Of a stretch of DNA of 64,000 nt, positions 1 to 7,739 are shown piece by piece. The stretch is from NCBI GenBank assembly GCA_045586845.1, contig JAZNBB010000079.1, positions 1,180 to 65,179 on the forward strand, in the 5' to 3' direction. This DNA comes from Eubacteriales bacterium. GTDB taxonomy: Bacteria; Bacillota; Clostridia; Oscillospirales; CAG-272. The position numbers were made by a program, and so were the translations under genes. The notes beneath the pieces were generated by a model, which was given only the letters and a program-made list of their open reading frames with translations, had not been told where the DNA came from and made no database searches. The number at the start of each line of letters is the position of its first letter. The stretch's first letter is position 1.

Positions 1-1096
1 TCTGACCGATCCCGGCAAAAAACCCGGCGAGAATATGCAGTTTTTGCTGATTTTAGCAGCCGTTCTGCAGGCTGTGGACGATTATCAGGGACTTTTGCGT
101 CTCTCCATTGCCACCGCAGGCAACGATGCGCGCCTGGGTGCGGACGAAGCACCGCCCGCCATTATCTCCGTATTTGTGGGTGAGGAACTGGAGCATATCA
201 TTCATTCCATCATTCGCGGTAAGACCTATAGCGGCGCGAGCAGGGCAACGCTCAATTTAGGTATTCCGTCCATTCCAACCATCAGAAAGGACACGACCGA
301 CCGCAACCGCACCTCTCCTTTTGCCTTTACGGGCAAGAAATTCGAATTTCGTATGCCGGGTGCGGCACAAAATATTGCCATGCCCAACATCGTGCTCAAT
401 ACCGCTGTAGCAAAATCCTTCTGCGAATACGCGGACAGACTGGAAAAGGCTGCCGACTTCGACACTGAGCTGCACGCGCTGCTGCGCGAGGTGTTTACCA
501 AGCACGAGCGTATTCTGTTCAGCGGCAACGGGTATTCCCGCGAATGGGAGATCGAGGCAGAAAAGCGCGGACTTTGCAACTACAAACGCTCTGTAGACGT
601 GTATCCGCACATGACCGATGCCGAAAACGTCGAGCTTTTCGAGAAATTCGGCGTTATGAACCACGCAGAATTGGAGTCCAGACAGGACATCCTGCTTGAA
701 AATTACGCCAAGATCATCAATATCGAGGCACAGACCATGATCGTCATGGCATCAAGAGAATATATCCCCGCTGTCGAGGAGTATATGTGCCGTCTTGCAA
801 CCACCGCAAATCAAAAGCGCGAGGTGCTTGGGCAGGGCTCGATCGGCGTGGAAAAGGAGCTGCTTGCAAGACTCAGCGCGTATAATGAGCAAGCATATGC
901 TGCACTCGAGGCACTCAAAAAAGCGGATGCAGAGGCTGTCGCGCAAGGTGATCATTTTGCCGTCGCGCGGGCATTTGCGGATCGCGTTGTACCCGCCATG
1001 CAAGCGTTGCGCACCCCCGTAGACGCTATGGAAACGTTGATGCCCTCCGCCCTGTGGCCTGTTCCCACGTACGGCGAGATGACGTACAAACAATAA
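1..1096 (+). CDS. glnN: Glutamine synthetase type III, C-terminal part (5' end outside window)
   Basis: The frame is open from the window edge, so the listed ORF 35..1096 starts at an internal Met. The motif DRNRTSPFAFTGKKFEFRMPG and the long C-terminal extension are typical of GSIII. A hairpin terminator follows. Confidence 0.7.
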   Translation, partial: LTDPGKKPGENMQFLLILAAVLQAVDDYQGLLRLSIATAGNDARLGADEAPPAIISVFVGEELEHIIHSIIRGKTYSGASRATLNLGIPSIPTIRKDTTDRNRTSPFAFTGKKFEFRMPGAAQNIAMPNIVLNTAVAKSFCEYADRLEKAADFDTELHALLREVFTKHERILFSGNGYSREWEIEAEKRGLCNYKRSVDVYPHMTDAENVELFEKFGVMNHAELESRQDILLENYAKIINIEAQTMIVMASREYIPAVEEYMCRLATTANQKREVLGQGSIGVEKELLARLSAYNEQAYAALEALKKADAEAVAQGDHFAVARAFADRVVPAMQALRTPVDAMETLMPSALWPVPTYGEMTYKQ

Positions 1097-1135
1097 AAGA
1101 GTTACATTTAATTGTATATCATGTATAACCGTAAA

Positions 1136-1171
1136 AGACAAGCAAGCCTGTAAAAACTTGCTTGTCTTTTT
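1136..1171 (+). terminator. Rho-independent terminator after glnN
   Basis: An 11-bp stem AGACAAGCAAG / CTTGCTTGTCT with a 10-nt loop, followed by a T-run. Confidence 0.7.
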
Positions 1172-1255
1172 GCACACATTTTGTATATTTATGCCCTTGC
1201 TTTGTGTGTATTGCGCCGAAATTTTCATATAAAATAAAAAAGCTGATTATTTTAC

Positions 1256-1284
1256 TTGCAAATTTTAAGCGTTTGTGATATCAT
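1256..1284 (+). promoter_or_regulatory. Sigma-A type promoter of surface lipoprotein 1
   Basis: TTGCAA, a 17-nt spacer, then TATCAT with TG at -15/-14. The same architecture recurs upstream of the paralogue at 3919..3947. Confidence 0.6.
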
Positions 1285-1335
1285 ATTTGATACCTATCCG
1301 TAGGCGAATTAAAATATCATGAAAGGAAAAATATC

Positions 1336-3573
1336 ATGAAAAAGTTACTCGTTTTGTTGGCACTTTGCATGGTTTTCTCTGTTGTTCTGGTTGCTTGTAA
1401 CAACAACGAAGAGCCCGAAGAAACCCCCGCAGAGTCCACCGAAGCTCCCTCCGAGACCGAGTCCGAGTCCGAGTCTGAGACTGAGACCGAGACCGAGACC
1501 GAAACCGAGACTGAGACCGAGTCTGAGTCCGAGTCTGAGTCCGAAACCGAGACCGATCCCGTTCCCGAGATCGATCCCAGCGAACCCGTATTCCTGTTCA
1601 GCGCTGCTGATATCGTTTCCACCGCTACCGGTGCTTCCGACATTGCAAGCGCAGTTGCAAGCGAAGACGGTTCTTACGCAACACTGACCAACGGCACTGT
1701 AGGTGACCCCTACTTCACCTTCCGTGGCATGAACAAGAATGCTCGTTACATTGCCATCAAGTACCGTTCCACCGTTGAAGGTGCTTCCTTCAACCTGTTT
1801 GCAGGCTCCACCGGTGAGAATGCTGACGGTAATGGCGATATGCTTGCTCCTCAGGCATACGTTACCGACGGTGAGTGGAACCTCGCTATCGTTGACCTGG
1901 ATCCCGCTGAGAAGGTAAACGAAGAATGGCTGCTGACCTTCGTTCGTTACGACTTCTACACCGAAGGCACCGAGCAGTCCATCGACGTTGCTTGGATCGG
2001 TGCATTCAACTCTCCCAAGTACGCTTCTGATTACTTCATGAGCACTGCTTGCGTTGGTCTCAACGATGAAGCTGCAGGCCTCAATCGTTGGTCCTTCGAC
2101 GGCTTCTACTTCAACGAAGAGCTGTACTTTGCAGAGGATGGCGGCGCTGCTGACAAGCTGGCTGCACAGAACAACATCGTTCCCGTAAACTACGGCACCA
2201 ATTGCTACAACGTTGGTTTCCGCGGTTGGGTATCCTTCAAGCAGACTGTTGATGCATTCGGCTACTACATCGCAGGCGTGAATGCAAACGTCGTTTACGA
2301 TGAATTCAAGCAGGACAGACCTGACCTTGTAGCTGCAGGTATTGAAAACGGCACCGGCTATAACATCGTCGTTCCCGTTGCTGACCTTGGCTACGGCGAG
2401 CACTACGTAAGCATCTACGCTAAGCTGGCTGACGGCACTGTTGTTAAGGTATATGAGATCTGCCTCAACAAGCTCAACCTGACTGTTGACACCGATACCA
2501 ACTTCATGGTATCCATCGACCACGTAAACGGCAAGGGCCCCTACAACGCTGAGACCGGCGACTGGGCTGCTAACTATGAGGGCATCGGCGGCACCTCTAT
2601 GGGCAAGATCGATGCATCTGTTGACCTCAAGACCAACGACAAGAACGGCATTCTGACCTTTGGCGGTTGGTGCGGCGTTGGCGGCGGTGTAAACCGTTAC
2701 GTTTGGTCCATTGACGGCGTCAACTGGATGGAAATCGTTTCCGGCGGTGTTGACGGTGAGCCTCTTGACGGCTACTACAACGGTCTGAACACCGAAGAAG
2801 GCATGACCTCCACCAAGAACGGTATGTTCGGTGGTGAGAACATGATCCAGATCGACCTCTCCATCTTCCCCGCAGGCGCACAGGGCACCATTCTGCTGGG
2901 CGCGATCCCCGAGAAGAACATCAATTCCGTTATCGTGATCTGCGAGCTGGCTAACGTTACCGTTGCTCCTGTTGTTGAGACCATCTGGTACGACGGCGAA
3001 AACGGCACCTTTACCGTTCCCGCAAGCTTTGAGACCAAGTTCGTTGCAAGAAACGTAGCAGGTCAGATCCTCAAGATCGAAAATGCTTTCAACTTTGTTG
3101 TAACCGCAACCAACGTATACACCGGTCAGTCTGTTGTTCTGCAGCCCAATATGCTGGGCACCATCGAGCAGGAGATTCCCGAAGATTGGGCTATGATCGA
3201 ACTGACTGTTGAAAACGTTACCGAGGAAGCTGTTGAAGTGACCGTTGCTTTTGAAGTACCCGCTTCTCCCTGCCTGACCTTGGGTGACAACGTTGTTACC
3301 GTTACCGTATCCGGCTACTATGCATACGGCGCTGACATGGAGTTCACCGCTGAAGAAGCAGGCACTTATGCTTTCTCTCTGACCGATGATTCCGACGAAG
3401 GTGAGCTGTACTACTGGGAAGCTCCCCACTACGGTTGGATCGAAGAGCTGCCTTTCGTCATCGAGCTTGAGGCAGGTCAGACCATCATCGTCAGCGTTTC
3501 CACCACCAACTACTTCATGGCTGAGGGTGGCGAAGGCTCCGTTGACGTTGACGTTTTCGTTGCAAAGATCTGA
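1336..3573 (+). CDS. Surface lipoprotein, paralogue 1: lipobox, Thr/Ser-Glu linker, one DPY-KYR module and two GW modules (function unknown)
   Basis: N-terminus MKKLLVLLALCMVFSVVLVAC carries the lipobox LVAC. A GGA-rich RBS precedes the ATG. The linker is (ET/ES)n. The module runs GDPYFTF..YIAIKYRS..DGEWNLAIVDL..VRYDF..IDVAWIGAF. A strong terminator lies downstream. Confidence 0.85.
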   Translation: MKKLLVLLALCMVFSVVLVACNNNEEPEETPAESTEAPSETESESESETETETETETETETESESESESETETDPVPEIDPSEPVFLFSAADIVSTATGASDIASAVASEDGSYATLTNGTVGDPYFTFRGMNKNARYIAIKYRSTVEGASFNLFAGSTGENADGNGDMLAPQAYVTDGEWNLAIVDLDPAEKVNEEWLLTFVRYDFYTEGTEQSIDVAWIGAFNSPKYASDYFMSTACVGLNDEAAGLNRWSFDGFYFNEELYFAEDGGAADKLAAQNNIVPVNYGTNCYNVGFRGWVSFKQTVDAFGYYIAGVNANVVYDEFKQDRPDLVAAGIENGTGYNIVVPVADLGYGEHYVSIYAKLADGTVVKVYEICLNKLNLTVDTDTNFMVSIDHVNGKGPYNAETGDWAANYEGIGGTSMGKIDASVDLKTNDKNGILTFGGWCGVGGGVNRYVWSIDGVNWMEIVSGGVDGEPLDGYYNGLNTEEGMTSTKNGMFGGENMIQIDLSIFPAGAQGTILLGAIPEKNINSVIVICELANVTVAPVVETIWYDGENGTFTVPASFETKFVARNVAGQILKIENAFNFVVTATNVYTGQSVVLQPNMLGTIEQEIPEDWAMIELTVENVTEEAVEVTVAFEVPASPCLTLGDNVVTVTVSGYYAYGADMEFTAEEAGTYAFSLTDDSDEGELYYWEAPHYGWIEELPFVIELEAGQTIIVSVSTTNYFMAEGGEGSVDVDVFVAKI
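1453..1554 (+). repeat. In-frame hexanucleotide GAG-WCN repeat encoding (ET/ES)17
   Basis: Read directly as GAG ACC / GAG TCC units: ET x1, ES x3, ET x7, ES x4, ET x2. Confidence 0.9.
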
Positions 3574-3610
3574 TTTGCTGAAAACTGACACACAATAAGG
3601 CTACATATTG

Positions 3611-3640
3611 GCAGCCGCCCACATGGGCGGCTGCTTTTTT
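3611..3640 (+). terminator. Rho-independent terminator
   Basis: GCAGCCGCCC-ACAT-GGGCGGCTGC followed by TTTTTT. Confidence 0.85.
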
Positions 3641-3918
3641 GTAAAACGAAAGCTGCGCGACCGGTTATGAGAGGATACTTATCAGAACGCGTCCGCGGCG
3701 GGAAGGGAAAGATCTACCTACTGCCCTGTCGGTCAAAAAATTTAAAAATATCCTGCTTGCTTAACCGAAAATGCAGCAAAATTTTATTTTTATGCTAATG
3801 ATTGGGCATTTTTTTATTTCGAGTCTGTTTTTATAGTGATATTGAACAATTATTATTTGTAATGATTGTATAAACTGCCTATTTTGTGGTTGTTTATGTA
3901 TAATTTCACAAATTTTTG

Positions 3919-3947
3919 TTGCAAATTTCAAAGCTTTGTGATACAAT
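3919..3947 (+). promoter_or_regulatory. Sigma-A type promoter of surface lipoprotein 2
   Basis: TTGCAA, a 17-nt spacer, then TACAAT with TG at -15/-14. It sits in an AT-rich upstream region and is homologous to 1256..1284. Confidence 0.6.
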
Positions 3948-4008
3948 ATGGTATACCTATCCCTAACGTTAGGTAAAAATTATATTCATGAAAGGAAAAA
4001 ATGACATC

Positions 4009-6612
4009 ATGAAAAAGTTACTCGTTTTGTTGGCTCTTTGCATGGTGTTCTCTGTTGCTCTGGTTGCATGTAATAATGAGCCCGATGAGCCTGTAGAATC
4101 CACGCCTGAGTCCTCCGAAGCCCCCTCTGAGACTGAGTCTGAGGTTCCCACCGAGACTGAGTCTGAAACCGAAACCACAACCGAAACCGAGACTGAGTCC
4201 GAGACTGAGTCCGAGTCCGAGTCCGAGTCCGAAACCGAGCCTCCCGTTCCTGTATTCGAAGGTAACTGGCACGCATCCGTAGACTCTTTCTTGTACTGTG
4301 TAAATGACGACTTCTCTGACGTCGTAGCATTTACAGGTGCAAACACCAACAGCACCATCGGTACCACCATTACCAATGCTGCAAACGAGACTCTTGCTTC
4401 CGTAACTGCTAACTACGTTTACTTTGACAACGGTTGGCTCGCAGTTGACGGTTATGCTATTGAAAACTGGGCTGTTAGCATCTACGCAGAAGACGGCACT
4501 CTGCTCAAGACCGTTGCTCTGACACTCAGAGATGCTGAAGAGGGCGTTGTAAACCACGTTTCTCAGAACATGCACTACGCTGAAGGCACCGTTTCTCACA
4601 GAGTAGGCCAGCTTGATGCTGAGATCATTTCTCTGAAGGAATTCCATAACCAGAACGTTACCGTTGTTTACTCCGTTGACGTTGTCGGCACTGAGTTCAC
4701 CATTGATCTCGTTAAGCTCGACGTAGCTGTTCCTCTTGACCCCAATGCTCCCGTTGCATTTGTTACCGGCGCTTCCATGTACCCCGATATCACCGGCGGT
4801 TCTAATTTCAACAAGGATAATTTTGTTGTCGCTGCTGATGGTTCCTACCTTACCGTTGACACCATCGGTCAGGGTGACCCCTTCTACACTATTGCTGCTC
4901 TCAACGCTAAGGGTTACGTTGCAACTCACATTGCTATTAAGTACAGATCCACATCCACCTACACCGATGCCGAAATGTTCGTAGGCTCCGGTGCAGGCCG
5001 CTCCGGCAATGGCGACAACGTCAGATATACGCTGGTTTGTGACGGCAAATGGCAGCTCGCTGTCGTTGACGTATCTGCACTTTCTGCTATTACTGACAAC
5101 GTAATTAACTACGTAAGCTGGGATCCCTTTGCAGGTGCTGCTGACGCTACCATGGACGTTGCTTACATCGCTCTGTTCACTTCCGCTGAAGCAGCTGTTG
5201 CTTACGACGCTAAGTTCGCTGACGTTTACGTTGACACTCTCAACGTTCCCACCTCTGATTGGGGAGTAACCGGTCACCGTCAGGGCGTTCAGGACGCTAC
5301 CGATGGCATGGTCGCTGCAGGCGGCGTTGAAGCCGGCGCTCTGCTGCACCAGGGTTACATTTCCCTTGGCAACATCAACCTTGCTGAAATGTCCAAGGTT
5401 GTTATCTTCTACGGTGTTGACGGCTCTCAGGTTACCATTGACCTGCACGCTGCTGCTGTTAACAACCGCATCATGCTGACCAGCGCTGACCAGGCTATGA
5501 CCAACTCTCCCACTGAGGACGTTATCCTTGCCGGTGCTACCTACACCGAGCTCGGTTGGGCAGTTCATGCCATCGAGATCGATCTGACCGGTGTTGATTA
5601 CAACGGTCCCGTTTACGTAACCTACGACACTCTGCCCGGCACCTTCATGCTGATTAGCTCTGTTGAGTTTATCTACGATCCTAACTACGTTGCTCCCGAA
5701 GAGCCCGAAGCTCCCGCAGAAGATCCCTTCTACGCAGTAAGCTTCTACCAGGCTAATAAGGAAGCTACCTACTACTTCACCGGCGCTATGGACGGTTACT
5801 ACCTCGCAACCTCCACCAACCCCGCTGATGCTGCAAAGGTTTACATCGAGACTCACGAAGAGGGTCTGAGAATGTACGTTCTGGTTGACGGCGTTAAGAC
5901 CTACGTAGAGATCTACGAGTATGAGAATAACGGCACTATGAAGGGCGGCGTTCACATGACCACCGAGCCCACCACCTTCTTCGTATTGAATGAAGAGGCT
6001 GGCACTTACGTTACTGATTTGGGTGCAACCGGTATCTTCTACCTGGGTACCTACAATAACTACACCACCGTTAGCGCTTCCAACATTTCCTTCATCACCG
6101 GCGACAACGCTTCCAAGGTTGGCGTATCTCAGTTCCCCATTGAGTGGACCGCATATCCCGAAGCAGTTGAGCCCGAAGAGCCCGCGGCTCCTTCTTACGT
6201 TGACAAGGCTACTGCAGGCATGATCGGCGAATCTTGCGATACCGTTACTCTGAATGCAGGTATGTACTTTGCGGAAGATGGCAATGCTTACGCTAAGCTC
6301 GAAGCAGTTGAAAACCACCTGACCATCAAGGTTGGTGACGTGATCGGCTTCAGAGGCTGGATTGGCTTCCCTCAGGCATTTGATCAGTTCGGCGTTATTA
6401 TCAATGACGGTGAGTTCCTTGGCGGCGAGTACAAGCAGGCTACTGAGGAGATCATTTACACCCTCGCAGGTGAAAATGCATCCAGATACCACGTCACCGT
6501 TGATACTGCCGGTGTTGCCGCAGGTGATTACAAAGTAGCTTGGGGCGCAAAGCTGGCTGACGGTACTGTTGTAGTATTCTACACCGTTACCATTACCGTT
6601 GAGGCTGCTTAA
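4009..6612 (+). CDS. Surface lipoprotein, paralogue 2: lipobox, Thr/Ser-Glu linker, DPY-KYR module, GW modules (function unknown)
   Basis: The ORF opens at 3988, but the ATG at 4009 reproduces the RBS and start context of paralogue 1. It gives MKKLLVLLALCMVFSVALVAC. The module runs GDPFYTI..HIAIKYRS..DGKWQLAVVDV..VSWDPF..MDVAYIALF. Confidence 0.85.
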   Translation: MKKLLVLLALCMVFSVALVACNNEPDEPVESTPESSEAPSETESEVPTETESETETTTETETESETESESESESETEPPVPVFEGNWHASVDSFLYCVNDDFSDVVAFTGANTNSTIGTTITNAANETLASVTANYVYFDNGWLAVDGYAIENWAVSIYAEDGTLLKTVALTLRDAEEGVVNHVSQNMHYAEGTVSHRVGQLDAEIISLKEFHNQNVTVVYSVDVVGTEFTIDLVKLDVAVPLDPNAPVAFVTGASMYPDITGGSNFNKDNFVVAADGSYLTVDTIGQGDPFYTIAALNAKGYVATHIAIKYRSTSTYTDAEMFVGSGAGRSGNGDNVRYTLVCDGKWQLAVVDVSALSAITDNVINYVSWDPFAGAADATMDVAYIALFTSAEAAVAYDAKFADVYVDTLNVPTSDWGVTGHRQGVQDATDGMVAAGGVEAGALLHQGYISLGNINLAEMSKVVIFYGVDGSQVTIDLHAAAVNNRIMLTSADQAMTNSPTEDVILAGATYTELGWAVHAIEIDLTGVDYNGPVYVTYDTLPGTFMLISSVEFIYDPNYVAPEEPEAPAEDPFYAVSFYQANKEATYYFTGAMDGYYLATSTNPADAAKVYIETHEEGLRMYVLVDGVKTYVEIYEYENNGTMKGGVHMTTEPTTFFVLNEEAGTYVTDLGATGIFYLGTYNNYTTVSASNISFITGDNASKVGVSQFPIEWTAYPEAVEPEEPAAPSYVDKATAGMIGESCDTVTLNAGMYFAEDGNAYAKLEAVENHLTIKVGDVIGFRGWIGFPQAFDQFGVIINDGEFLGGEYKQATEEIIYTLAGENASRYHVTVDTAGVAAGDYKVAWGAKLADGTVVVFYTVTITVEAA
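4129..4239 (+). repeat. In-frame GAG-WCN repeat encoding a Thr/Ser-Glu linker
   Basis: GAGACTGAGTCT...GAGTCCGAGTCCGAGTCCGAAACCGAG. Same repeat type as 1453..1554, but with different length and order. Confidence 0.85.
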
Positions 6613-6647
6613 TTTATCATTAAGTAACTTTATATCAAAACAAATTT

Positions 6648-6675
6648 GGGCTCTCCTTCGGGAGAGCCCTTTTTT
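6648..6675 (+). terminator. Rho-independent terminator
   Basis: GGGCTCTCC-TTCG-GGAGAGCCC followed by TTTTTT. Confidence 0.85.
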
Positions 6676-6868
6676 GAGATGATAGGTAAGAGTAAGATGT
6701 GAATAAGTAAAAAGAAAACCCTTTTACAAGGGCGTGCAAAATTAGCGGAGAGTTTATAGTCAGTTGGTTCATATGGGGCAGTTTTGCTCCGCAGTAAACA
6801 AATAATTAACGACGACAGATTTTCCCAAAAATCTGTCATCGTTCGTTATTCGATAAATTGGAATTTGT

Positions 6869-7381
6869 TTATTTACTTATACTTTGAATATAAGTGTTCA
6901 ATTGTTTCTGATTTTTAATAACAATTGCTTTATCTCCGTATTTTGAAATCAGCCATTTATAGCGTTCTTTTGCACTTTTTCTTCTTCCGTCCCATAATAT
7001 CCATTTAGCAAATGCTAAATCGAACTTTTCTTTACAACCTTCGGCCATATCGGGACGAGTTGTGTTTTTGTATTTGATGTATCTACGATATGCACGATGT
7101 AAGCACACAAATCTATTAAATAGAAGAAGTATTATGATATCCGCTTCCGCCATACGACGTTCGTAGAATAACTTGGAGTAATTACCGTCAATGACCCAAG
7201 AATCGTGTGTGTTTAAAAAATGCTCCGTTAGTTTTTTCTTCTCCTCATCGCTACGCACACCCCAATCGGGCAGAAATTGCACGGTATCAAAATGCAGGAC
7301 ATCAGTTTGAAATTTTTTTGCAAGTTTTCGTGCCAAAGTAGATTTACCAGAGCCGCTATATCCAACAATTGCAATTTTCAT
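6869..7381 (-). CDS. P-loop kinase of the topology-modulation (FlaR-like) / adenylate-kinase-like family
   Basis: The Walker A motif GYSGSGKST lies at the N-terminus. The protein is 170 aa. The overall pattern IVGYSGSGKSTLARKLA...IDGNY is typical of this family. Confidence 0.6.
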   Translation of the reverse strand: MKIAIVGYSGSGKSTLARKLAKKFQTDVLHFDTVQFLPDWGVRSDEEKKKLTEHFLNTHDSWVIDGNYSKLFYERRMAEADIIILLLFNRFVCLHRAYRRYIKYKNTTRPDMAEGCKEKFDLAFAKWILWDGRRKSAKERYKWLISKYGDKAIVIKNQKQLNTYIQSISK

Positions 7382-7418
7382 TTTTCACTCCATTAAACTC
7401 TTATTTATCGCCAGTTTC

Positions 7419-7615
7419 GCCTTTGTATTACAAAGGCACAGGGCAAAGCCCATACCCCTAAAGATGCACGAGTGCGTCCCAAGGCTCCCTCCGGGAGGGA
7501 GCTGGCGCCGTAGGCGACTGAGGGAGAGCGCGTTACAAGAAAGTTAGTACAAATCTAAAGTTACGCAGGCTCCTTCCACCGCTAGCGCGGTCCCCCTCCC
7601 TCTCGGAGGGAGGCT
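7419..7615. repeat. Hairpin-rich intergenic element with a diverged copy of the palindromic repeat seen at 42729..42998
   Basis: Successive hairpins: GCCTTTG-TATTA-CAAAGGC, GGGC-AAA-GCCC, GCTCCCT-CCGGG-AGGGAGC and CCTCCCTC-TCG-GAGGGAGG. The segment CTCCTTCCACCGCTAGCGCGGTCCCCCTCCCTCTCGGAGGGAGGCTT aligns with 42801..42840. GGCGACTGAG matches the reverse complement of 42784..42793. Confidence 0.6.
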
Positions 7616-7739
7616 TTTCGCTATCACCATTATACCGCAAATCGGCAGAGAAAACAAGTTCTCTGCCGAAGTTTTCGTGCCGCCTATTTCTCCGATAAGA
7701 ATGCAGAGAGAAGGGTTTTCTTTTGTTTTATGATATTTT

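Noticed and set aside
1285-1310. The shared ATACCTATCC-like motif in the leaders of both lipoprotein genes (1291..1300, 3954..3963) and the palindrome ATAGGTATACCTAT upstream of maf (22984..22997), considered as a common operator.
   Set aside because: The lipoprotein copies are explained by duplication of the whole leader. A single additional 8-mer match in 64 kb on two strands is about what chance predicts.
1345-3591. Very long antisense ORFs: 748 aa here, 824 aa at 4018..6492, and 818 aa at 34817..37273. Shorter ones lie at 8073..9269, 39873..41096, 56034..57560, 61546..62712 and 62722..63918.
   Set aside because: They are in codon register opposite to well-supported genes (surface proteins, gyrA, lysK, gdpP, infB). 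Their translations are low-complexity and rich in Val, Gly, Asn and Cys. They have no RBS and no motifs. They are explained by avoidance of TTA, CTA and TCA codons in the sense genes.
6630-6839. A 69-aa minus-strand ORF and the hairpin GACAGATTTT-CCC-AAAAATCTGTC in the spacer after lipoprotein 2.
   Set aside because: The ORF has no RBS or motif and overlaps the plus-strand terminator. The hairpin may be a weak terminator for the FlaR-like gene but lacks a T-run. Too uncertain to call.
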